Notes: generated by a model from the letters alone, not told the origin. A DNA stretch of 64,000 nucleotides from Bigelowiella natans CCMP2755 (GCA_000320545.1 ADNK01000278.1:1-64000); one strand, 5' to 3'. Positions 28,105 to 42,823 are shown, numbered from the stretch's first letter. Numbers and translations are program-made.

Positions 28105-29115
28105 TAGCTACTGGCATGATGCAGCAAGTAGATAATAATTTAATATTTCTAATGAACATCCGGTCTCAAATCATCCGGTGCTGCTGTTGTTATTTCGAAT
28201 TTATTGTCCGGAAGAATATGAGATCCAGATGCGCGACTTAAATTTCTTATGAAACGAATGAAAATCTGGTAGAAGATGCGTTTGGCTGCGGTTTTTACGT
28301 AATCTCAGCCAAATAGCATGTTTATGCTATGCAACGTCATCGCGATGGTAACACGAATGCGTAGGTCGGTGAATACTCCTGCAAGTATCCGTTTGTACTA
28401 TTATAAACGATACTGCATCTGTGTGCCATTTGTGCGAGAGATTGTCGCTGAGATATTCGCTATTCATTCTGAGTCTTCCGGCGCAGATAATGCTCTCTAT
28501 GAAACGCGCGTAGCATACTAGCATGGCCCTATCAGCTATATGAATGGATGAAACGATGTTGCTAGATGTATACACGACACTCTTGCTAGTGTCCATGTCT
28601 AGACATTGCATATCAAGTCGTCCGTGCCTACTAGCTTAAGTTGGCTAATAGCTAGTAGCACAAGTTAGCAAGTAGCATGCCACACCATGCTAGCTAGCTA
28701 GCATGCTATCACTTCATAATACTGCTAGCAGACTGATTATTTGCATGTAGGTACATATAGCTAGACATAGGCTGATGATTTTTGCGCGCTCCATGTCACA
28801 TGTAGCATTATTTAGACATTTAGGATGCAGCTCGAGCTCATGCGTTGCAAGGCATGATCATGCTAGCATGCACGAACAAAGCAATTGCATCGGGTTGCAG
28901 CAAGTGTAATATCTAAATACGTGACTGTTAATGGATAAGACGTTATCGAATGCACAGTACTCTCTAGTATGAAGCACAGCTAAAGTGCAATATCTACACA
29001 CCCACACGTGACTAATAATGGTTAAGACGTTATCGAATGTACAGTAAAAAGCACAGCTTACTGGGGCATACAAAACATTTCAACAGGGCTAATTTTTACC
29101 GTCCCTTTCTTCTAT

Positions 29116-30626
29116 CTATTTGGCCGTGTTGCATTCTTTCGCGTTACTTTCTACGAGCTTATACATTGCATCGGTACGAAGAAGATACTTCACCCCAGAC
29201 TCCAACCTGTAGGAAGTTATTGTTCTTATTGTGAATCCGCATCGTACGCATCATAATTACGTACGACTCACATCCACGTACCTCTCTCCATCGTGAAGGT
29301 AGCACTTGGTCGAGTGATTAAACACTAAAGCGTCTCCAGACTGCATAAATCAGTACGATTGTCAGTATTGGTCGAGATCGGTCAGCATGCTGTTCTCGAA
29401 TAGAAACACCAAAGAATCGGGTTCTTACTACCTTTGGCCTCAGCGCATTTGTGACTTTTTCCGAGTCCTTTTGGTTCAGGAAGAAGCGCGTTGCCCCCCC
29501 CTCGAAGTCTGGTTGGCCATTGAGGTATATGTTGACAGTGAATATGCTAGCTTCCGAGTCGGACCGCACGAAGTTGCTGATCGAGGGGGGGGGGGAGGGT
29601 GTAAGAAGGTCTTTAAAACTAATTATCGGTCTGAGAACTCTACTGTGGTTTCTCTTGCTGCAATGACTGGGGACTACGGATGTGCTTCTTTACGAGAAAG
29701 GGCAGATTAAGTGCCATTCTCAGTCTCATTCTTCTCCAGATAAATCTATGTACTTTTGGCTACAGTTCGCTAGATGTCTGCATGTGATTTATACTGTACT
29801 GGCTATGTTGTGCATCATTGACTACTACTGCTGCTGCTAATACTATTACTACTACTACTACTACTACTACTACTATTCTCACCCGTCTGTGTGCTTTCTA
29901 AAAAGCTGGCCCTTCTTATACCTGTGAGTATGAACGTACGACTATATTACTAAGAGGTCTTGGGAAGAAGGATGATGATAAGAGGAGAACGGATTAACCT
30001 CCCCTCCTGCATCCAGCACCCCTCTCCTTCTCTTTGTCTCGCTGCGAATTGTGCATGGCGTTGATGGGGAAATCACCGGCAGTAGCGGAAGCATTCATTC
30101 AAGCCACATCGTCTCCATGTGTGATCCTTCTCGTCCTAATTCGCATTCTCATCGTCATCATCATCATCATCATCATCATTATCATATCATCATCATCACA
30201 TCATAGAGTAAATAGCATACTCAGCCTGGTCTGATTACCTTTATTTCTAGCGGCAAAAACGGAGCTAAGCGTTCGTAGAGAGCATTCGCTAATTTGGTGT
30301 CCTTCAGGACCTGGCAATCATGTTGACGACATATTACGTGCGCGTGGATAAGAAAGGGGGAAATGTGACTTATTCAAATCAAATCATCGTTTGCTGTGAT
30401 AGTTCTCATAATCGTTGCAGTTGCTTTAGCAGATGGTTTGCTCAGATACAACCACGCGATCGTTGGAGCGGTAGCTCTTCCTCCACCCTAAATCCTCATA
30501 TCTGTAGTGCACGTATGCATGCATGTATGTATGATTATCAATGCGTTTGATGCAGTGGTAATCATGGAACTGATACTGGCACAAGTGGTGACGTTTTTGT
30601 GAGGTGGGTACGATTCCATTTATGTG

Positions 30627-30671
<45 letters not shown>

Positions 30672-30987
30672 CTCTGTGTGTGTGCCTGCTGTGCACGTCT
30701 TTCATACCCTGCATCTTCTGAGGCCGCTATTAGCTTCTTACACTCATCAGGGCTAAGAAATGCCGAGGCGACAAAGAGGTGTTCCTTGTCCTGTCAGCGA
30801 AGAATGGATGAACATCAATTACAGTCATATAGCAGCTTTTGATATTGAAACAACTATCGTTTGAATGACCGTGCCATCGTCCAGAAGTGGATGAACTACT
30901 ATGCTATGTTGCTTTGCCTTTCCTTCTTCATTTTCAGCAGAACCCACTCTTGAGTCGAGCATCTTGGAGAAATCAGTTTCCTCCTAA

Positions 30988-31024
<37 letters not shown>

Positions 31025-31193
31025 CGTAGATGCACATGTGTCACAACTAGGGGGCGTATCAGATTCCAAATTTCCTCACTTCGCTCGCACATAGCTCTTA
31101 CTATTCCCAACAACATCAATGCCAATGTGTGGATCTAAAGTAACCTCTCCATTTGAGAAGAGGCGCTGATCACACCACCTTTACCTTGTGCAT
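29116..31193 (-). CDS. 2OG-Fe(II) oxygenase, prolyl-4-hydroxylase alpha-like
   Basis: FLSPDECKKLI; YRSNDR; GLNECFRYCRYKKGQLFRKHTDG (HxD); FTVNIYLNGQPDFEGGATRF; LVFNH...LHDG (distal His); GVKYLLRTD. Confidence 0.88.
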
Positions 31194-32350
31194 GTGGCTA
31201 TTTTCTGTCCCTCCGACGGATGATAAGGCTGAATATGAGGAGTAGGCCTCGTAGGATGTTATTTTCTTCTTGGAAGAGGCACCGGGTTTTTTTCCTTGCG
31301 ACCTATAGTGTGCGCTGTGTGGATGATATTGAAGGCCCATGTTTGGTTTGTGTTTCTGCGCTGGAAAAAGAAAGCTCTAAAATCTAGTAATCAAGATTTG
31401 GTGGCAACATCACTTGACTGTCAACGTGGCGAGGTTGGAGCACACTGCAGACACTGCCGTAGCAGAGGGAAACACACTCAAATCGTGCCTCGGGGGATGC
31501 CCCAACCAGAGAGAGAATTTTTCGGAGTGCTGACAAGTATAATCGGGTGACAGTGCGCAGTTAGCGTTGCAAGTTAAATCGTCATATCGATGGTACCCTT
31601 ATCAACTTCTGCACTGCAGAGTGAAGTTGAGAGAGTGTTGCGTCTTTTGAAAGCTTTACGAGTTCCTCTCGGCTTCCACTGAATGGCACTTCCCAGCGCA
31701 CTGACACAACCTGCAAACATTGTGGCGATTCTCCACTCATCAGGCCTACCCCAGGCAGACACGGAAAAATAGAGCATGTTCACCAGTTTGTCTTCGCCTT
31801 CCATGACTTGGTTCCCCTATCTTCCTTCTACTTCTTCTTCTTCTTCTTCTTCTTCTTCAGGTGCTGCAGGAGGGGGAGTGGAATGTGAGCGCAACCGACA
31901 ACACACTTTCTTTCCCGGAAATTTCCGAACCAACTTTTTGAATTTCGTGCAGAGGAATCGGGATTCATTGCATGTCGTCCATTGAAATCGCACGTCGTTT
32001 TGAATAATTTAATGATAGTACCGGATATTATCTGATTTTCTTTCTTTCGGGCAAAATAATGGACTCCTCCGGTGGGTTGGAGGTGTGAGTACCTCGCCTC
32101 CTCCTCTTTCGATCGGGTGACGGACACGTGTCTCCACAAGGTATTTATTTCACCAATGTTCGGATTCAGTAGCTCTGGATTTGTACCAAAAAAAACCACA
32201 ATCGCTAAGACTTGACTTTCTTTCCAGGGAGAAGAATGATGATCCAAGATCATCCCAAGAAGTGCTGAAGTCAACAACACCTGAGGGGAAGGAAGGAAGG
32301 AAGGAAGGAAGGAACGAGCGACAAATGCGGCGCCAATGTTTATACCCCAG

Positions 32351-34555
32351 CTCGGAGTATCGTCTTGTCGTAGTTTTAAGGTTGTTATACGAAGAATTTA
32401 AGGTGTAAAGCTCATCCCACTCACCCAATACTGCCTGTGTTATCAGTGCGGTCTTGGTACTTCTTCTCCTTTCAGCATTGATGCAGATAGGCTCGAGAGG
32501 AGGACTATTCAGGTATCCAAGAAGAAAGTTGTCATTTTTATCACATTCACTATCAACGTCGTTAGCACAGGAGGGCTTTTGCCAATGCTACACCTTCTCA
32601 TATCCATCATCATCCTTCAAGTCATAACAGATGCTGCTGCTGCTGCTGCTGCTGCTGCTACTACTGCTACTACTACTACTCCCTCTCGCTTGTGTGTAGA
32701 GACGAGGCTTGGTACCTCGGGAAGCCATCGAGAAAATCAAGGTATAGAGATGCTGCTTTTCTCAAGGTATGGTAGGTACTGCACGTAGCTTACTATGGAA
32801 ACCTGGAGGATGACTGATTATGTGAAATTTCATCAGAGAGAGGACCTTCTGGAGCAGCGAAAGCCTACGCTGCTGTACGATATGGTATGAGACCAAAACA
32901 CTTTTTTGCTCCTTTTTGCTTTTGCTTATATCGCTGCTCAGCATTCGAACAAAATCATTAATACTGCTTTATTCTTTGTCTATTCTTTGTGTGTCTGTGC
33001 TATGTTTCTGCATCGTCGTCTTCCTCGTCCTCTCTCCGTCCCAGGTTCGAATGGCACCATGGTTTTCTTGTCAGTTGACACGGCAGGAGCCCTCAGACCC
33101 CGTAAAAGATTATGGCGACGACGAAACAAACAAAAAATAAACAATGGCCTTACACATGCGTGCATCGAATCACACACCAAACAGTTGCATGAAACGACCG
33201 TCGATTCGAAACCGCTACATGCCCAGTATAGCTGATGCATCCCTTCGCCGTTGCCTTGTTATGTGCGTCGTCCGTGACAGGAGGGCAAACTCCGTCGTAT
33301 TATTACCAGTCAGATAAAACACACGTAGTAGGGCAATGGAGCGATCTTGATATTGCAATAATCTACTATTATTTACAGGTAGCGACTCCCTGGGGAACAA
33401 TTTATGAGTTTTCGGCTATAGCACGGTATATCAAGAAGCACAAGACATGTCCTGTTACCAAGAAACCGCTTCGATTCAAGGTGCAGGCCAAATGCACGAT
33501 GTTATCATAAATGAATATCAGCACACTCTGCTCTTATTTCTCTTCTTCTTCCTCTTCTAAGGATCTCACACGCTTGAATGTAACACGAAGCCAGCGTTCA
33601 TCACAAGAAAAGTTCTGCCCAATATCGAAGAAGAGACTTGACCATCTCGCCAGGATTGTTTACATCCGCACTTCGGGTAATTTAGAAACTGCAGTGTGCG
33701 TGACCCTATTAAAGCACAACAGACAGACACCGATGGCCTTCATGCTGTGACACCACCAAACAGAACATCATCCCTCATTTATCACCATCATCATCACCAT
33801 CATCATCATTGTAATATCATCATCGTAATCATCATTATCGGTATCGTGTTCTTCAGGAAGAGTGTATGCGGCAGAGGCAATTGACCTTTTACAGCAGCGG
33901 AACCAGAAATTTGGAGGAGACTCCGAAGAGGTTCATATTGTAAACAAAGGCAAGTCGAGGGGAGGGGGGAGGACGAAGAGAGATGCTCCTCATAGTATTA
34001 ACAGACGCAGGCAGCCTCACCTCTATAAACGGGTGGCAAAGCAGAGTGCCCCCCACCACCATCTTAGCAAAGATAACGATGATGATGATGAGGATGAGGA
34101 AGATGAAAGCATCAATATACCATTTATTGATGCAAGGGACGATGACGGTATGGGGGGGGGTATTGGAGGCAGTGATGAGGATGAAGATGAGGATGACGAT
34201 GAAGAAGACAGCGACGTGCTCGACGATGGAGAGGAAATGGAATAGTACGTAACAACAAACACCACAAATGACAAAATATTAACCTCTAGGAAACATATAG
34301 TTAGAGGTTGTAGTTTCTGGTAGTAGTAGCAGCAGCAGACACACATAGCAGGTCCTCCTCACTTGAACGAAGGGTGGAGTCTCTCTCCCTCCTCCTGCTT
34401 ATCTTCTTCTTCTTGTTTTATTTCCTTTCTTGGTCTGCAATTCCTACTATTACTACTACTACTACTACTACTACTACTACAATCGCAGCGATCCAATCTC
34501 AGGAGAACCTTTTTCACTTGACGACGTCATTGTTATTCAAGTGCTCTCTCTCTCC

Positions 34556-34603
<48 letters not shown>

Positions 34604-34925
34604 TTCTCTCCTTCCCTCCCTCTCCCCCCTCACCCCTCTATCCATGCACCCCTTCTCTTTCCTTTATCCTTACACGCGACAATAAATATCAAATCACGAG
34701 TCGCAAACAACAGGATGGAAATGCCGGTTTTTTTTTTTCAGAGAGGGAGAGAGAGAGGGAGAATCAAGACTTTGATGCTGCTAATCATGATGATGATGAT
34801 GATGATGATGATGACGATGTTGTTTTTATTATGTTTTCATAATATTTAGGACCCTATTGTTCTAGCTCAAAAGGCAAAGCTCGCATATGATGAGGCCGAA
34901 GAGTACCTAATATAATACGAGAATT

Positions 34926-34960
<35 letters not shown>

Positions 34961-35149
34961 GCGTGCGTGTGTGTGTGTGTGTGTGTTTATACGAATTCAA
35001 ACATGCATGAATATCTCCATGAATTGCTAAATGTCGTCAGGGAAACGCGAAAAGGAGCTTTGGAGTTCCCCATGATCCAAACGACTCCGGTTGTTGACAC
35101 ACAGCCGTCAGACATCAGGGACCGCATCGCTCAGCAGCAGGAAGGATGA
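32351..35149 (+). CDS. PPIL2/Cyp60-like U-box (Rtf2-type) protein apparently lacking the cyclophilin domain; start unresolved
   Basis: PWFSCQLTRQEPSDPVATPWGTIYEFSAIARYIKKHKTCPVTKKPL; FCPISKK...IVYIRTSGRVYAAEAI; DPISGEPFSLDDVIVIQDP, all matching the PPIL2 N-terminal half. Stop at 35149. Confidence 0.72.
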
Positions 35150-36315
35150 TGACGTTGTGCCTTGACGTAGATGCATACGAGCGTCATAGCTAGGGCCAGC
35201 TACCTGTACAATGCAGCTTTAAGTTTAAGCGATGTGGGAGATTCCCAAAGTAGCGACCAGTGAATGGCCCATGCATTGCAAAAAGGCAGCTGCTTTAACG
35301 TTTTCATTAACTGACATACTACGTCTCGATCAGTCATTTAAGCGTGGCTGATTTCGCACAATTCTGCTTTCGGCTCGCTAATTTCATTGAATTGTTATAC
35401 TTTTTCCCCTTAGCCTCGTGGTTAATTCTGTTACCAAATGTACGCTTTATGCGATTTGCAAACACTAATTGACATTCATACGCACCGCATATAATTGTCG
35501 CACTGCATGCGGCATGTTGACATAACTAGCTAGCAGTCTGATGTGTCCTACAATGAGCGCTATACACGACGCGAAAAGGGTCACAACATGTGCTGCAACA
35601 GCTAACGTAACAACAGATGAACATAACAGCAATAGCTAGAAGCATCCCACTTGGTGAGTCGCATGAAAGCAGTAGATGCATAGAAGCCAGCTAAACAGGG
35701 CATGCCTCACACGAATTTCAGTATCACAGGTACACACTTTCACTTTCTAACTTTGGCAAACGATTGCTGCACTTGTCGATCATATGCGCACGTGGTGTTG
35801 TTAATGAACACAGTATCTGCAACTTTGCTCTGTGGCCATGACAACGCAATGATGTGGCACAACTTAGAGATGGTCGGGTTCATGTTTTCACGGTGGCTAA
35901 TTGCACGTTCTCGATCGAAAGCTGAATTCATTGTGTCATCTCTAGCTTTGCGTCACACAACATAGCCACAAACCCAAAAATAAAGGCCGCATGCTAATAC
36001 ATGCACGTATCAAAATAATGCAAGTAGCTGATAAAATTATTTAACTTGTTACAGATGTAAGATGCTCGTTTCAGATAGTATATCATGAGGCGAACACGAA
36101 TGATTGAAATGATTGATGTAACAGCAGGCAACTCTAGATATATTCAAACGTCCAAAGCACGTGATGGCTCCGAATATCGCTGCTTCCTAGCAATTTTAGC
36201 AATTTAAGGGTATTAAGTTATGGAGTTCAGAGATGGTAGATAAGGCTCTTCTGGATGGATTAGGTAATGCTGTCTCGAAACCTACTGTACGTCTAACTCT
36301 CTTCAAACGGCAGCT

Positions 36316-36403
36316 CTACGCGATGAGCGTGAAATCGTAATGGGCCGTCTGGAAACCGACCAATTTCTGTTTTTGCCGCACCAGATTAAAATTATGAGTG
36401 TGT

Positions 36404-36439
<36 letters not shown>

Positions 36440-38374
36440 ATGATTACCTGCGTCTGGAGGCACTCAACAACCCAGGCGAAGACAACTCTCTCGGTCCTCT
36501 TCCTCTTCGAGCTGCTGCTGCTGCTGCTACCCTTTGCAGCATCATCGCTTTTCGCAGGAAGGAAGGAGGGAGGGGGGAGGACCGGGTAAAAGGGTGGATG
36601 TTCAGCAAACAACGTTTTAAGAAGGACAACTGGGGACATACACGATTCAAAATTATCACAGGCAAAGAAGTGAAGAATAAGATAAGAAGAACACTTTTCT
36701 GACTACTCATTTTAGTCGTAATTCCGGCAGATTGTATTACGCGTTGTTGCAAATCACGCAGTAGTAGTCGTCAGGAGATGCCTGCTTCGAGGAGGAGGAG
36801 GAGGAGGAGGGCTCCAGGACAACAACCTTTGCGCCAGCCTCTTGAATGATCTACACGCATGATGATCCATCCATCATATGTCATACGCATGTTTACGGAG
36901 GGGGGGGGGGGGGAGACGCTGATAGCAAAGGTCGCGGAGTAGAAGTATTCTATGCGTCGTTGACGTTGTTGTTGTTGTTGTCGTCGTCGTCGTCGTAGTA
37001 GTAGTAGTAGTAGTATCGTATGATGAGCAATATTATTATTATTATTGATAATAGTATTGACAGCAGCACCGCTTTCAACTGCCGGGAAGCCTTTGGAGAG
37101 ACGGAGCTCACGGCGAATGTACGTCCAGAGAGCACACGTTTTCTCTGATGATGATGATGGTGATGGTGATGGTGATGATAATGATGGTGATGATAATGGT
37201 GATGATAATGATGATGATGATGGTGATGATGCAAACGAAGACTAGAGTGAGGAAGGAGCTTGCCCTCCTCTTGTCTCTCAAGGTTGGCCAACAACAGGTA
37301 TTTATTTTACCCATCATCCATCCATCCATCGTCGTCATCATTAATGATATGAACAACTACCAGCAGCAGTACCTGAGCCAACGGTTGGAGAAAGTTTCTC
37401 TCAACCAGGGAGTTCCATCGGCTTGGCAAAGGCACAGCCTTCGTCTGGTCAAGTGGGACGCCTTTGCACAAGACGACGACATTGATGACGAGGGGGAGGG
37501 GGAGGAGAGGAGGGTATGGATATATGCAATACCGATAAATCACGTTAGGTAGCCCAGAAGGAAAAGCAAGAGCGTGAGAGAAACAGAGGAGAGGAGGGGG
37601 GAGGAAGATGATCAAGAGAGAAGGAGGGCTTATTAGCAGCAAAGTAGTACCGAACGGGATAGTAAAAGGAGAGGGGTCTACGAGCATTCTCTGCCGTCTG
37701 CACTCCTATTTATCGAAACAGCACAAAGTGTACATCATTAACGTCGTTTTTAGACAGAAGATCATGCAAACTGATATATACACTCTCACACACGCACACA
37801 CATATTATATATATATATATATATATATATGTTTACTGAACATAATGATAATACCTGAAGAAACCCAAGCTTGAGCGGTGAGAGCCCACGCGCAAGGGAG
37901 AACATATACTTCTTTGTCGTACGAGGTCGGTCAGCGATGACGAGAACCTAGATAGGACAAGAAGCAGCAGCAGCAGCACAGATACGATATGATTTAATGT
38001 GATGTGATTATCAGATGAGACCATGACGATGAAGATGATTGATTGATTGATTTTATTGATTGATTTATTGATTGGTGGTGATGATAACGGGTTCTTCTTC
38101 ATCACCGCCACCGTCATCAATGCGCTCGTATTCTATCCGATCGATTATGGGAGTGCTAGTAGCACCAGCGGTGGTAGTAAGTATATAATGTGCGTGCGTG
38201 TGTATGTGTGTGTGTGTGTGTGTGTATGCGTGAGCAGAATTGATGATACTGACGTCGCATCCCTTGATTGATAGTCGATGAGCTTCTTCCACAGATTCTG
38301 CTACCTGGAAGAGATGTAGTAGTAGTAGGAGGAGGAGGAGAAGAAGAAGAAAAAGAAAGCTGTTTGTTTCTTGC

Positions 38375-38434
<60 letters not shown>

Positions 38435-38988
38435 TGAAAGAGAGAAGAGAGAGAGAGAGTGTCCGTCTTCTCCCTTATCAATCATCACCATCATCACCTT
38501 GCCACCCATTGACGTGATGAGGTCGGCAGCCACCTTTGCATCGACCTTCATCACAACAAACACACGCCATCATCAACAACATCTCACAGCAATGCATGCA
38601 TACATACATCACGATAACGATTGCTGATTGACGATGATTGATGATCCACAACAACAACAACAACTACTACTACTACTACTACTACCCACTTTGGTTAGAA
38701 GGAAGTGAAATCCTTTGAGGACGTCTCGCAACCGTTTGGCCGGCCTACGAGCTGGAATCACCCCATCATCCTCTGAAGCGTCGTCGTCGTCGTCGTCGTC
38801 GTCGTCATCCTCTTCGATTTCACCTTCTCCTCCCCCTTCTTCTTCTTCTTCTTCTTCTTCTTCTTCCTCTTCCTCTTCCTCTTCCACCATCCCCTCCTTT
38901 TCGTCCACTGAGTGGAGAGGAGAGAGAAAACAGCAAGTATACAATACACTATAAGAATACACGAAGATGACAGAACAAGCAATGTCGC

Positions 38989-39019
<31 letters not shown>

Positions 39020-39148
39020 TTGTTATCAGCACATAAAACTACTTATAGATTCTCATTCCTTATAACAGCGACTAAAAGACAACGCTGCACAGTTGCTGTC
39101 GTTTTTATTGTTGTTCTTGTTGTTGTTGCTCTTGCTGCTGTTGTTGTT

Positions 39149-39211
<63 letters not shown>

Positions 39212-40951
39212 ACCTCCATTGCGTTTTGTGCTGCGGTAAAGACGACGTCGTTTGCTTCTACGTGGGTTGCTGCTACGTACACAACGCAGATGGTTAATCA
39301 TGATGTGTATAGAGGAAATATATATTGAGCACGGGAGGGCGGAGGCCATGGAAATTAGTGGCAATGACAGTATATAATACCGATATTAAAGAGACACGCA
39401 CTACCGACTATCATCCTCCTCCTCCATTCGATCTTCCTCTTGTCCAAGGGTATGACGAGCAGTCCTTGGGCGGCGGCTGCTGCTGGTGCTGCTGTTTCCT
39501 TGAGCATTGTGCTGCTGCATGTTTCGAGGGTGCTTTCTCTCTGTTGTTCTCCTTCTTCTTCCTCTCGGTGATGATGATGATGATGCCGTCGATTGTCCTT
39601 TGCCCCCTTTCTTCTTTTTCTTCTCCTTCTTATTCTTCTTGCTGCTGCTAGGAAAGAAACACAAAATATGCGTAGCGACAGCATGATCATCTGCAATCTT
39701 TTTCCTAATGAATGAGGAGCTCGTGGTGGTGATGGTGGTGGTGGTTGAGTGCGAGGTTGCCTCCCTCGATCAACGTCATCGAAGACACACAGCCGAGCTC
39801 TGCTGTGCTGCACAACAACTGCTCTACTTCTGATTTTCTATGGTGATTAAAGCCTTTCCTATCTACTTACTTACCTCTTGGAATCGTAGCATTTCTCGTC
39901 AGCGCCCTCCTCCTCCTCCTCCTCCTCCTCCTCCTCCCCATCGTCGTCACCCCCCTGGTCCTTGCTTGCCGAATAACCCTGATAGTAGGAAAGGCAGTGG
40001 GGGAAGAAAAAGAAGAAGAAGAAGCAGCAGCAGAGAGGAAAAGGGGGAAAAGGAGGAGAATAGAGAGAACGAGGAAGAGGCGGATATAACGTTGTAGTAG
40101 ACGACGGAATCACGTAGTAGAGAAGGGTATTGTTCTTGGTCCTTCTCATTATCAATATTATTTTCATGATTATTATTATTATTATTATTATTATTCTTTT
40201 TCCTTCTTTGTGTCTGATAATAATACCTCTGGCCTTCCTCCACGATTTCTGTTCCCAAGGTGGTCTCGAACTATCCAACAATAAAGCGTCATCAACCAAC
40301 CCCCCCCCCCCCCCCCTCTTAGTAGAAGAGGATGAATAGGAAAGCTAGCACCAAGTATCAAGGTGTTATGATGCAGGACAAAAACTGCCCTTCCCTTCGT
40401 CGTCACTGCAAGAAAAATTACTTTTTGATGTAATCGTACATATTTAACCTAAGTGAGCTGCTGCTGGCTACTACTCCTCCTCCTACCACTACTCCTATTG
40501 CTACTACTACTACTACTACCACTACCACTACCACTACTACCATAAGCACTGCTATGATGATGATGATGATGTTGTAATAATCGACTACCTTTGAAGGGGT
40601 TTTTCATGTATTCTTGCAACGTCATCATCCCAGTCTTACGAACCTGTGTGTATGGCAATGATAATGATGATAATGATGATGATGATGTCTTATGAACCTG
40701 TGTGTATGGTAATGATAATGATGATAATGATGATGATGATGATGATTATGATGATGATGATGATACTCAAAGGAGGAGTGATTGGTGTTCTTGCTGTTCT
40801 TTTCACCCCCCCCCCCCTCTCTTCTTCTTCTTCCAACAATCTTAGCAGGAGCAGCTGCTGCTCACACACCGTAGCAACCCACATCTCCGATGTATTCGCA
40901 AACCTCACGATGTCTGGTGCTGGCTCCTAAGGTGCATAATCATTAAGCATT

Positions 40952-41032
<81 letters not shown>

Positions 41033-41139
41033 CGCTAAAGGCCTCCTAATGTCGTTGCTTGTTTGCGTTGAAAAGCAGCATACATCTCCCTCTTCTTCCT
41101 CATCCTCCTTGGCTCACTCCCCTATCTCCTCACTATTAA

Positions 41140-41174
<35 letters not shown>

Positions 41175-41346
41175 CACACAAGCAGCCATACATACATGCA
41201 TGCATGCAGGGCAGAGATAGGTAGTAGTAGTTTTAGTAGTAGTAGTAGTAGCAGCAGCCTACCTTGGTTCTCCACCCCTTAAATAAATGCACACTTTCCG
41301 TTTCGGATGTAATGTCTAGCAGCGCGATCTCAGCATAGCCTCTATA

Positions 41347-41387
<41 letters not shown>

Positions 41388-42478
41388 TACGCTTAGTCAT
41401 GATAATAATAATAAAATTGACAATTCTTCTTCTTCTTCTTCTTTCTGTTGTTATTGTTGTTGTGGTGGTGGTGGTGGTTGCACGCATGCACCTGCTGGCA
41501 GCTTTGATTGCCGCATCACGAGGGTATATGTTGGTGAATGACAGGTTCTCCGCGTTCAGCAGCCGATATCTCCGCAGCTGAATTGGCAAGAGGAGAGGAA
41601 GATTGATGAGGAGGGAGGGGGGGAGGGGGGAGGAAATGTAGAACAGCAACAAAAAGGGGGGCATTAAATGCAGCAGCGTCAATGGGAATAGCACGCCTAC
41701 CGTGTCCCTTCGTTTTCTTCCATTGAGGTTCCTGAATTTGTCTTTCAGGTCTAACGACCTTCGACTCTCCTTAAATATGCCTGTTGTCAGATGATAACAA
41801 CAACAACAACAATGATGATAATGATGATGATGATGATGATGATAATTATGATGATAAGGCTGCGTTAGGGATAGCAGCTGGTATGTTAGTAATAGTCATA
41901 CAAATCATGCTTAGATCATTACCCGAAGTTGTTCTACCTACTACTAATGCTACTGCTACTACTACTACTACTACTACTACAGCCTTCTCATCATGTTTTC
42001 TCCCGATTACTCATTGTCGTCTCACCTTGCCCTTTTTCCAATATCCAGTTCCATTTCTGCGCCACGCCGCTCACCATCTGCAAAATATATGATGATAGAT
42101 ATGAGAGCGGGGAGGTATTGAAGCTATACGGGTGAAAATTCTCTAGAATATGTAATAATGCTAGATGTCGACTTGGAGGAGGACAGTACTGGTCTCAGTA
42201 CTGGTCTCTGTGCGGCAGAATCGAAAGAACACCGAACTAATTCATGCTAGCCTATCATCGTGTTAAACAGAAACAATGCAGTGGTACAACCGCGTCTTTG
42301 TGGAGGCGCTGAAGAGCTTCCTCCTACGATTAATAATGCATGAAAGTTTATGGAATACTGTTGTCAGCGATTATAAGGAGGATGGTGGTGGTGATGATGA
42401 TGATGACGATGGAGAAAGACTCGAGCAGGTGGATAAAATAGCGCTTGCGGTTAATTACATGTGACTACTGCAGACCAA

Positions 42479-42517
<39 letters not shown>

Positions 42518-42791
42518 AAATACTACCATCACCACAAGTATTTCTTTTTTATGGAATTTTATGAGAGATCATTGTTATCATTGTTGTCTATATCATTCCT
42601 ACAACAACCTCTTCAGTTGTCCACAACACACTTTTCCTTCGTTCTGTGCTATAAGGCTGCCTCTTCTTCTTCTTCGTCTCCTTGTTTCCGCTTTTCGGAG
42701 TGCTAGTTGTAGTACTAGCTATGCTTCTTTTCTTCGCGGACTTCGTTCGGCTTTTCTTGAGCTGGCGCCATTTGTCCTATGTGAATCGTCG

Positions 42792-42823
<32 letters not shown>

